64,000 bases of DNA from Amoebidium appalachense. Taxonomy: Eukaryota; Protista; Ichthyosporea. The stretch lies in assembly GCA_963693365.1 (NCBI GenBank), contig CAVNZM010000010.1, forward strand, positions 6,697,794 through 6,761,793. The letters run 5' to 3'. A program made the translations under genes and the position numbers. Below are positions 1 through 35,850 of the stretch, piece by piece (the first letter of the stretch is position 1; each line of letters starts with the position of its first letter). Under the pieces are notes generated by a model, which saw only the letters and a list, made by a program, of their open reading frames with translations, was not told the origin of the DNA and did not search any database.

Positions 1-36
1 TACCTACCCCCTACCCCCCCCCCCCCAAAACCACCA

Positions 37-490
37 AACCCCCCCTGTCTTCTTTCAGAGGTGTCCTTTCAGGACAGACCACTGTGTGGAGACATCTTTA
101 CTTCCATGCAACCGGGCATGGTTGCTCTGTGTCGTGCATCTGTAAGCACATACGCGTTTTTCGCTGCACTGCATTAGTTTGCACACACATCTTCACCGTT
201 CTGCTCACCTTGCTTGCATAAGCAACCCTGCTCGTCTTTGATCAAGACGGGTTGACCCACCCAAGTTCAGTTGATGCTGCTGTCTGAGTTGGAGCGTCGT
301 ATATACGCGGGCTAAGGGGTCGAAACTCAGACGCAATTGATGACTTGGGCCCTCCCTGAGGATGGGCTCTGCTTATGACGCATACTGTGCGCATGGCTGA
401 TGTTGCACACTTGAATGTTTGCCTTTGCATGTGTCCTGCACCATGCTTCTCATCGTGTATGCGTACTTCGTACTGTGTTCCGCATTCAAA
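37..490 (+). mobile_element. Family A poly(C)-targeting short retroelement, full unit (~454 bp) with 16-bp TSD, in a PRP8 intron
   Basis: Near-identical to 22309-22761 and to the reverse complement of 28060-28454. Flanked by CCCCCCAAAACCACCA at 21-36 and 491-506. Ends CATTCAAA|(C)n. Confidence 0.88.
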
Positions 491-567
491 CCCCCCAAAA
501 CCACCACCACCACAAAACCACAAAAACACAACACACACACACCCCCCCCCCACAAAAAAAAAAAAAA

Positions 568-607
<40 letters not shown>

Positions 608-773
608 AAAAGAAAAAGGAAAGAAAGAAAAAGAAAAAGGAAAGGAAAAGAAAAAATAAAAGGACGGCGTGTTGCTCTCGTCCCGTGCAACTTCTCCTCA
701 TCCGGATGTGTCCATAAATGGCCGGCCTATCTAATTCATACTCTGATGTTATTGCACATTACGATCCACCTAA

Positions 774-1239
774 ACTATGGGGTGGTCAGAGACGTATGTC
801 CATGCTGCGACATTAGGAAGGACCACGAGCCACTTTTACCCGATTGGTTGGAATCAATGCTTTCATGGTGCTGCATTGGCCAATCAAAATACCCTGGCGC
901 GAATTAAAAATTTGGCGCGGCATTGAGCGCGCGGCGAGAGTCTTTTCGTGAAGCAAATCGTGTATTATTATTATTAGGATCGTGATATTGGCAAACGCTG
1001 CGTTTGCCTGCATGCTGGGCTTCCATGTCCGCCTTGTTTTCGCTTTGTCTGAACAGCTAGCCAAGCTCTCCTTCGAGAACTCGACGCCCTCCACAATGTC
1101 CTTGAGCTTTGTGTCGCCACGGTCAACATCAGATGTTGGCTCACGGCTGCCACTGATGATTCCAACCAATCGGGTAAAAGTGGCTCGTGGCTCTTCGTAA
1201 TGTCGCAGCATGGACATACGTCTCTGACCACCCCATAGT
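774..1239. mobile_element. MITE / non-autonomous DNA transposon with ~84-bp terminal inverted repeats
   Basis: 774-857 (ACTATGGGGTGGTCAGAGACGTATGTCC...GGAATCA) is the near-perfect reverse complement of 1158-1239. A TA TSD is possible if the ends are 778/1235. Confidence 0.85.
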
Positions 1240-1324
1240 AACTGCACGCGCGAACATGAATAGTTGTCCTGTGGCTCGTCTTTGTGCATCACCCACGTGC
1301 ATCTAACATCGGCACATTGTACAG

Positions 1325-18780
<17,456 letters not shown>

Positions 18781-19914
18781 GCAAAAAAATACGGATGTAA
18801 TTCTGCGCCCTGTGCTTGTGTTTTTGTTGGTGCCTTGTGCGAGAGTACGGTGGTGTGTGTGTGTGTGTGAAATAGTCCTTGTCATTATACAAGTTTTCTA
18901 GTGTGAATCTGTTCTGTTTTTGTCGTTTTCTTTTTGGGGGGGTGGGGGTCTCGGTGAAAATATTAGACCTTCAATTCAACTAAAATGGTGTGCATACATA
19001 TCAGTGGACATCTTCTGGTGTGCTGGTTTTTTTTCTTTAACTTGTTTCGTGCTTTACATTATTCCCAAGACACGCAAAGTGTTTGAATGCTAAGGGAGTG
19101 TGAAGTTTTAACTCGTATTTCTGCATGGGGAGGTGCTTATAACGTGCTTGGGCGTGCTTGGGGATTACATTTAGTGTTATGGTTGTAAAGTACGAAAGAC
19201 AAAAGACATCAAGACGCTGTTTTGGTTAATGTGGTGTGTGGCTGTCTGGTGTAGTTTTGTTTGTCTGTGGCTCAGATAATCCAACGGAGATACGGTTGGT
19301 AAATCGATTTTTCAGAACAAGTTACAGTGGGGAACAAGATATTATATCCCGCTGCAAATCATATTTCCGAATAAAGCTGGAACGTTCCGTAATTTCTCCT
19401 TCATGATTTCTGTTGCTCTTGGACAGATCGTTTAGACACAAAACCAAGTCTGAGACATCTGGCCAGCTGGCCCCCGCCCCCTTCTTCCCGGGGAGGCCTG
19501 CCGGTCCGGGGGGCCTGCCAAAACACACGCACACACGAGCACACAAACACACGCGCACACCGTGGCACACACACACATACAACACACCGAACACTAACAC
19601 ATCGCCCTACTCGCTCACCTCCACCGGCGCAGAGGTATATATATACCCCAAATGGGTCCTGCACTGAAGCATGAAGCATTTCGAAATTTTCGAGCCCTGA
19701 ATTACCTTTTTAAAGTTGATTCCTATTGGCTTCTAGGTGAATGTCATGCGCCAGATCATGCACACATGTTTCCGGAGCCAAACGGCATGAAGTTGACTGA
19801 CTACAAAAACAGGAGAGGTCAGTTGTTCAAGAGGAGACGTATGTCTTTTTCTTTCAAGTGATTTTCCAGGGACTACTGTGCTACTTAATCAGCCTAAGAA
19901 CGCACACATTCGCC

Positions 19915-21557
19915 ATGTCCAACCGTGTTTATGTCGGGCGCATCCCGTGGGACTGCCGTCCCCGCGATCTTGAGAAGCTGTTTGACAAGTACGGCAGGGT
20001 GCGGGATGTTGACATCAAGGTAATAATGCTCACGTTTGTGTCTTTACACAGACCCTTACACTGTATCCGGTCATTGCTTGTCATCTGTGTAACTGCACCT
20101 GCTGTCGATGTCTGTTTAGTATACCATTTCACTTCATCTGCAGGAGATCGGCATGGTTTTGCATGTTTCCTGTGGCTGTGTATTATGATTTCCTCACACG
20201 GCGACATTCATGATAACTTTGCTTGCCGTTACAAACATGCAGCTCCTTGCGGGGGGCTGAGCTCGAGGTGATCGCGTGTGAGGCGTCCTGGATCTTGCTT
20301 TCGGGTCTGGTCGAACGGTCTTATGCAAGCAGGGCTGGCCGCGCACTCCCACGTGAAGGGGTGACACGGGTATGAGAAGTGAGTCTGTGTACGTGTCTGT
20401 GTTACGAAAAACCAAGGCTGTTGGTAATATGGAAAAGAGCGACTTCTTGTTTAACGGTGTTGGTTTTGCAATTACTTGCACGTGCACTGATGTGCGCACA
20501 CTTTTACTGTACTCAGACTTGTTGATGGTTAAAGTGCGGGAAGAACACAACTGTACCCCCCTTCCCCCCCCTCCCCCATTTTCGTCCTGAAAAAAGACAC
20601 CACCCAGCACCACCTCCCCCGACCCTATTCTTTCACCGCTACCTTTTGCTATTTGTTCATCATTCTTCTGGCGAAGGCGCTGAGGACGGTTTTTTTTTTT
20701 TTTTTTTTTTGACTTAAAGAAATTCCTCCCCCCCCCCCCCCCCTCCCCCCTTCCCCTTCTTTTCCCCCGGCCCCCTTCCTCCACCTCCTTGTGCCTTATA
20801 AACGTCACATGAGAATGGAGCAGCCATCAACACTGGATCATTTCCTGCTCGCTCAATGATTTTCTCCTGCTCACCCTACTTTTCCCCACAGAAAGGCTTT
20901 GCCTTTGTGGAGATGGAGAGCTCCCGTGACGCCGAAGATGCAGTCGATGAACTAAACGGCGCCAAACTTCTTGGTGAACGCCTTCTGGTCGAGCTGGCAC
21001 GGGGTAAGAAGGAGCCCCCCCGTCGCAGTGACTACCGCCTCATTGTCCAAAACCTCTCCAGCCGGGTGTCATGGCAAGATCTGAAGGACACATTTCGTCG
21101 CGCCGGGCACATCACATTTGCTGATGTCGACCCACGTCGAGAGGAGGGGTTCCTGGAGTTTGAGACATATGAAGATCTGAGATATGCAATCAAAAAGTTT
21201 GATGACATGAAGTTGGAGGGGAGGCGCATTCGCTTGATTGACGACAGTAGGAAACGTGGGCGCTCACGTTCCCGTTCACGCTCTCACTCTCGCTCCCGCA
21301 CCCGTTCTCGCAGCCGCTCTAGAACCCGCTCCAGTTCCCGCTCACCACGTGATTCCAAGAATAGAAGCCCTTTGCGCGCGCGTTCCCGTTCTCGCTCCCC
21401 CCGTGACTCGAATAAAAGAAGTGTGTCTCGTTCGCCTGCTCGGTCCCCTGAGGCGGAAAAACGGTCTCGTTCTAGGTCCAGAAGTGGGTCGCGGTCGCCA
21501 GCACGGCAGGAGAAAGAGGGGCAGTCTCCTGCAGGTAACGATGGAAAAGACGAGTGA
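19915..21557 (+). CDS. SR splicing factor of the SRSF4/5/6 (SRp55/B52) type: RRM + pseudo-RRM + RS domain, 256 aa
   Basis: Exon 19915-20019 ([12 protein letters not shown]...DVDIK, donor GTAATA) joins exon 20892-21557 (KGFAFVE RNP1, SWQDLKD pseudo-RRM signature, RS-rich tail, TGA). Confidence 0.95.
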
Positions 21558-22004
21558 TATGGTGTGTGTGGGTTGTATGTCTGTTGTGGGGCCTTGATTG
21601 GGAATCGATTTGACTGGTGCACGTATAGATGTATGTCTTTATAAAAGATTTTTTTTTTTTTGGTTCGAGGGTCATCGGGGGGTTCCTTTGGCTTCTAACA
21701 CTTTGTGCGGGTTCTTAGCCATAGCATCAAACCAAAAATGGCCAACACAGTGTGTTTCAAACTATTGAATTAGTGTCTTTGTTTTGGGTCTGATATAATA
21801 TATATTCCCACTTTTTTTGTGTTTGCTCTATTGTTTCACACTTTGCCTTTTCATTGTACTACACCTGCCATATTTGGCAATACATTGCAAAGTTGCATGA
21901 ATGCATGTGCTCTGGTGGTAGCTGGACTGCTGCCTACAAACAAGTAGATTTTCACTTGTCGACCCTTTCACAGCAGCTGTCCCCCCCCCCCCCCCCCCCC
22001 CCCC

Positions 22005-22171
22005 GGGTGGTGCAATGTGGGTGATTGGGCCCCACTGAGGATGAGAATCGGGCTCTGCCTCTGCTGCATACTCGCCTGTTCACATAGTAAATTGATGTTG
22101 TGGCACATAATCACATTATTATGGCTGAACTGATAATAGCCATGTGTTTGTTCTCTTTCTGTCCCTTCCTT
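22005..22171 (+). mobile_element. Family C fragment (divergent relative of families A/B) between two poly(C) runs
   Basis: GATTGGGCCCCCACTGAGGATGAGAATCGGGCTCTGC...GCATACT matches the shared A/B motif; poly(C) lies at ~21982-22004 and 22172-22184. Confidence 0.5.
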
Positions 22172-22183
22172 CCCCCCCCCCCC

Positions 22184-22761
22184 CTCTGCTTATGACGCAT
22201 ACTGTGCGCATGGCTGATGCTGCATACTTGAATGTTTGCCTTTGCATGTGTCCTGCACCATGCTTCTCATCGTGTATGCGTACTTCGTACTGTGTTCCGC
22301 ATTCAAAACCCCCCCCTGTCTTCTTTCAGAGGTGTCCTTTCAGGACAGACCACTGTGTGGAGACATCTTTACTTCCATGCAACCGGGCATGGTTGCTCTG
22401 TGTCGTGCATCTGTAAGCGCATACGCGTTTGTCGCTGCACTGCATTAGTTTGCACATACATCTTCACCGTTTTGCTCACCTTGCTTACATAAGCAACCCT
22501 GCTCGTCTTTGATCAAGACGGGTTGACCCACCCAAGTTCAGTTGATGCTGCTGTCTGAGTTGGAGCGTCGTATATACGCGGGCTAAGGGGTCGAAACTCA
22601 GACGCAATTGATGACTTGGACCCTCCCTGAGGATGGGCTCTGCTTATGACGCATACTGTGCGCATGGCTGATGCTGCATACTTGAATGTTTGCCTTTGCA
22701 TGTGTCCTGCACCATGCTTCTCATCGTGTATGCGTACTTCGTACTGTGTTCCGCATTCAAA
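22184..22761 (+). mobile_element. Family A element, head-to-tail partial tandem (125-bp 3' fragment + 453-bp full unit)
   Basis: 22184-22308 repeats 22638-22761; the unit junction is CATTCAAAA-C8-TGTCTTC; poly(C) on both flanks. Confidence 0.9.
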
Positions 22762-22774
22762 CCCCCCCCCCCCC

Positions 22775-22815
<41 letters not shown>

Positions 22816-22974
22816 CCCTTAAACAAGCCTTAGGAAAAAAGAAAAAAAAATGAATCTGCTTGGTCATAATGTCCGTCCTGATAATTGTGTACTTTATAGC
22901 CTGTTACACAAACTAATAACCCCCCCCCTCCTTTCCAGTGTTGGTGCAGGAGGAGGTTGTGGTGTGTGTAGGAG

Positions 22975-23013
<39 letters not shown>

Positions 23014-23195
23014 ATACGTCTGATTTTAGGGTTTCGTGTGTACGGCAAATGGGGTTTGATAAAGTGGATGACTTGACTACATGTATACCCTTGTTGGTGG
23101 GCTCAACATGCATGCTACTGTCAGGCTTGTGTCCCGGTCCTTTTGTGTACACACGCATCTGGATTTGTACTTCGTAAGATAGGCTGCTTATCAAC

Positions 23196-23239
<44 letters not shown>

Positions 23240-24640
23240 AGCTGGCACGTACTCTGCAACTACCGTCACCACTTAGACTGTACGGCCTGCAGACCACACC
23301 CCAATACTGGGCCTGAGCACTAACTAAAAAGCATCTTTTGGACTAGCGGCTGTAGTATACCAATTCAATAGTATATGCCAGTGACTGTGTGCAAAGGCGA
23401 AAATCATCTATAGCTATATCTGATTAGACCCCCTGCGCTAGTGCGCAGCATCAATAGGGTTATTAGCAGTCCATGGTTATTAGCAGTCCATGTACCTAGA
23501 GCGCAGGACGTCATTTTGTGTGGACTCGAGGGGCTGCAACTATGGCAAGTCTTTACATTTTTATTTTCTTGAAGACTACGAATCAACCGGAACTGACAAT
23601 AAATGCTATATCGTGAGATAGGCCTGTAAAGGTCTTGAAAAGCATCGTCGAGAAAACATATTCATAGGTTGTCAGTATTTGCTATTATGTAAAAACTCGG
23701 TCTTGCCATTTCTAAGGGATCGAACGAGTGAATGTGTGGTGAGCACGTGTGTGTATATGCATGTGCATGTGTCACGGTACTTGGGGTGGGTTGGGGGGGG
23801 GGGGGGGGGGGGGCATCTACATCCATCGCGATACCATTTTAGGCAACACTATTTTTATTTTGTAGTCCAACTTGGGTGTGCCAAGGCAATATGCTATATG
23901 CAGATCTACATATAGGAAGCACGTGCACAGACTCCTCATTACTCCGATATTCCTTTACGTAATACAAACATCAACACACACTACATTCGCAGAATTGCCA
24001 CTTGAAACCACAAGCAAAGGGCCTAAAAAGGTCATACACACAAACCCGGACCGTTTAAATTTACACACGTCACGAACACGACTCACTCGACCGTGACCCT
24101 TATCCAAATATCTCCACTCTCTCTAAAAAATGCGCGCGAAAAAGGACTACATGCATTAATCACTAGAAAAATGGATGCCAGTATGAAATAATCATCCGTA
24201 AAATACCGCCCCTAGATAATTGTGCGTTCCTCTCCTATATTCTAATGTCCTTCGGTTGTTGTGTTGGTAACTTATAAGGGGTAAGCAGACCAAACATACA
24301 GAACCCACTACTGTGTGCATGCCGGCGCCTGCCACATTGCTACACAAAGCAAAGACATGCGCCTGCAATGCCCTCTGGGTCTATCTGATATGCACCCCAT
24401 AAAACACTACCGGCGACATGATTAAACTAGAAAAAATGCCAGAAAACTTCCCGCCCATGCTTCATCATCGGATTCTATCCTATTTTAACTATGTGCATTC
24501 ACAATCTATTTTCCTTGATCAACACACAAAAATAAAAATCCGTGTGCAGGCTTTATCGTTATTGTCAAGCACTCAAGTATCGTAAAATGGTATTAAACAA
24601 CCAGATACACCTATAAATCGGGAGATAACCAATGGATAGC

Positions 24641-32816
<8,176 letters not shown>

Positions 32817-34059
32817 GTTGCTGAAACACAAGATTATCAGACTAAGGCTTAGAGATGTGGGATCTCAAATGTCGTTGGCTCGAAGACGAACTAACGTTTA
32901 TAGAGCACTGCTTATTACGCTGTTATAGCTATACCTATAAATTAGGGGGGTGCCTATGTAGATTCTTTGGATAATATTAGATCAAATAGGACCACTGGCA
33001 TTAAACTGGGACTCGTACCTGGAACTCGTTGCTTTGTTGTTGGACAACTTGAGTTAGATGTGCTCATAGACCAAGTGGTCTTTTCTCCCGATTGGCGAAA
33101 CGCGCACCTTCGAGAACCGCGCAAAAGCATATGATTGGCTAATGTTGCCGCGTCCGTAATGATCTCCAATCACATTATGAGGACAAATTGACGCAGTTAC
33201 AATTCCAGGGACTGGCGTAGCCCCGGGGTCACGGTCGCAGCCTGGATCCAAAGCAGTTCCGTGTGTTTTTTTTTTTGTTTTCTTCTTGTAACTTGACTTG
33301 AAAACGCACACAGAAGACACGTATCATGTAGGTGTCCTTATAGAAGTATCTCACCTCATATTGAACTAACACGCATGCTTCTGATGTGTGTAGTGCTCAG
33401 TAAAGATAAAAGTGCTCCGGAGTGTCTAACTCGGGGAATTTTGTGCAGTCCACCTCAAACAAAACAAATGCAGTCGTTTCAGTTTCAGCTAAAGTTTGCT
33501 CCTTATTATATCTTTCACATCATACTTGAAGAGCTTTTCCCTGAAGCGCTAAACTACGGTACTAGGCACATTTGTTCTGCAGGCCTGCGCAGGTGCCAAC
33601 TTGGTCATGAGGTTGATCTACAGGTTCCATATTTTCGGAAATAGAATGAGATATCAACCAGCAGCATTCCTATGCGAGCTCCAAACCCGTGCGCATCCTA
33701 GGTGTATAACTGTTACAATTTCATTCACAACCACAGCACACAATCTCTATTATTTTTCAAACGAAGTGTGCCTAAACCTAAACCCACTCAACCACCCTGA
33801 CCGGTAGTCCACATAGCAGACCGTCCAGTCCGCTTCCAAAACAAATCTCGTGCCCAAATCGTGGCACCTAAGTCCTCAGAAAACGCAGCTGTAACTCAAA
33901 AGCTGCTAAATGGCTACATACAGACGTAGGGTTCCGATAAATCTATTGACATTCGTAATGTTGAAAATTACTACTGGCAACCTTCAACTCTGTACCAACC
34001 ACATCCTGCTTATGACAGCGACTCATATTAGCTGGTGTTTCTCCTAACCTCAACTGCTT

Positions 34060-35850
34060 TCAACAGGTGTGAGATGATTGATCCCGTCGTGTTTGTAAGT
34101 AATCCAGGCCTACCGGCTGCTGCAGGTACATGTTCCCCAGATTCAGCGAACTCGAAGGCAGTCCCGTAACCGAAGCACTAAAATTTGTGTTGGGCAAGAC
34201 GTACTGCATTTTATCGCCCATGCTCATGCCGTGGTTGTCGGTCAAGTCCATTTCCTCTTGCAGCTGGTCTAGGCTCTGCATCAGGTGTGTGCCGTAGTTC
34301 GTGCTGGTGTGTTGCATGCCATAATTCGTATTCATGTTTTGCACACCATACATCATGCAGGTGTTTTGCGCGCCATAATCTGCATTCATGTTTTGTAATC
34401 CAAAGGCCGTGTTGGTGTTTTGAGCACCACAGCTCAAGTTTGCGATTTGAGCGCTGTAGGTCGTGTTTATATTTTGTAGGTACGGACCTCCCATATATGC
34501 ATCAACCGAGTATGCGCCCAAACTAGCGACGGAATCAACGTCTGGAAGAAGATTGCCCGACATGATATTGTTGAATTCCGTATAGGAGGTGGGGGATAAC
34601 TCGTTTTGTGGCATATAGTGAGCGAGATTGACAACCGGGGAGAGGCCGCTGACTGACTCGAGGGTTGACATGCTGTTGGGGGAGGCGAGACCAGACGGGA
34701 CACTAGCCAGGTTGGACATTAGGCGTTCTGATTGCAACATGCCGAGATCTAAGTCATCCATTCCAAGGCCAGCTGCCAGTGTTTGCGCTAAGGCGTCCAC
34801 AGAACTCATGTCAAACCCTTCCAGAGGCTGAAGCTCGTCGCTGCTCGCCGTCACAATCTCATCCGGCATGAACATGATCGCTTCAAGTGATTCCTGCTGT
34901 TGCGTCTCGATTGAAGTCGGTTGCTGCTCCTCCATCTTAATAACGTCCGTGGCGAGCTCTGCCTCGTCGGCAGCATCTTTGCCCTCGCTGTGTTTTGCTT
35001 CCTCGCTAGCCTCGTTTTTTACTTCTGGTGCCGTTGTCAATGCCTCCTCGAGTGTGAGCATGGGGCAGCTTGCCGTCCGTCGCACTACTTTTTGTGGTGA
35101 AGCTGTTGGTGTTCCTGTCAGGCTTTCTTTGCTCTCGGTTCCCTGAAGGTATTGCCGTGGCTTCCTGACCTCGTGCTTGCTACGCATGTGCTGCGGAGGG
35201 AATAAATTGAGAATCAGACATAACTTGGCCAACCAGCCACAGTTGCCAGTGAATTCTTACGTTTCCTGCCAGGTGCATATGATAAACCTGCCTATCCAGC
35301 CAAGACCAACTGGTTTTGTTTTGCATTTCTGGTGATAGCAAATACTACTATAAACCAGGAATATCTGGACAGCACACAGCCACAGATTCAAACGCATACC
35401 TGGTAAAGGGCATTCTCGCTTGCATAAACTTTGTCGCAACTCTCAACCGGGCAACGTGCAGTTCGGTTCAGTTCCTTGAGAGTACGCCTGTGGCGCTGTC
35501 TTTTGGGCAGCATAAAACCGCTCGTGTCTGAGAGTTCAGGGCTGGCTACTTGAACGAGTACAGTGTGCCCAGGTGGGATCATATGTGATGGCATGGCAAT
35601 CATAGTTGTTCCGTCCACATGTTGGCTGAAATTGCTGACTACATTTTGTGGGCGAACGCCTATAGCTGGTGGGGCAAGAAAGGGTGCTATCTGTGTCTTT
35701 GTAGCTTGAGAACGTGGTATCTTGGGAGAGGTGTAAGGGGAGCCCGCAGGTGTGTGCACTTCTAGCTGGTCACTTGACCGCTGCCTGAGCGGGCCCCCAC
35801 CGCAGTGAGCTTGTATCATCATGGTACCCTTCGGCTATATTGGTAGCCAT
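34060..35850 (-). CDS. Single C2H2 zinc-finger putative transcription factor with a basic pre-finger segment and a long acidic/low-complexity C-terminus
   Basis: The exon ending at 35400 (RQRHRRTLKELNRTARCPVESCDKVYASENALYQ, donor GTATGC) splices to 35190-34060 (HMRSKH...), completing C-x4-C-x12-H-x4-H. The start is either ATG 35822 or ATG 35850 via a 43-nt intron at 35827-35785. Confidence 0.85.

Noticed and set aside
282-369. Canonical type I/II/III hammerhead ribozyme in the repeat
   Set aside because: The core words are present but their order is wrong and stem II cannot be paired. Kept only as a hypothesis in findings, not as a feature.
242-553. Recurrent 100-aa ORFs (…ECGTQYEVRIHDEKHGAGHMQRQTFK…) also at 22513-22815, 27868-28308 and 10893-11243
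   Set aside because: These are antisense translations of the family A repeat; the starts lie in flanking low-complexity DNA and no domain is recognisable.
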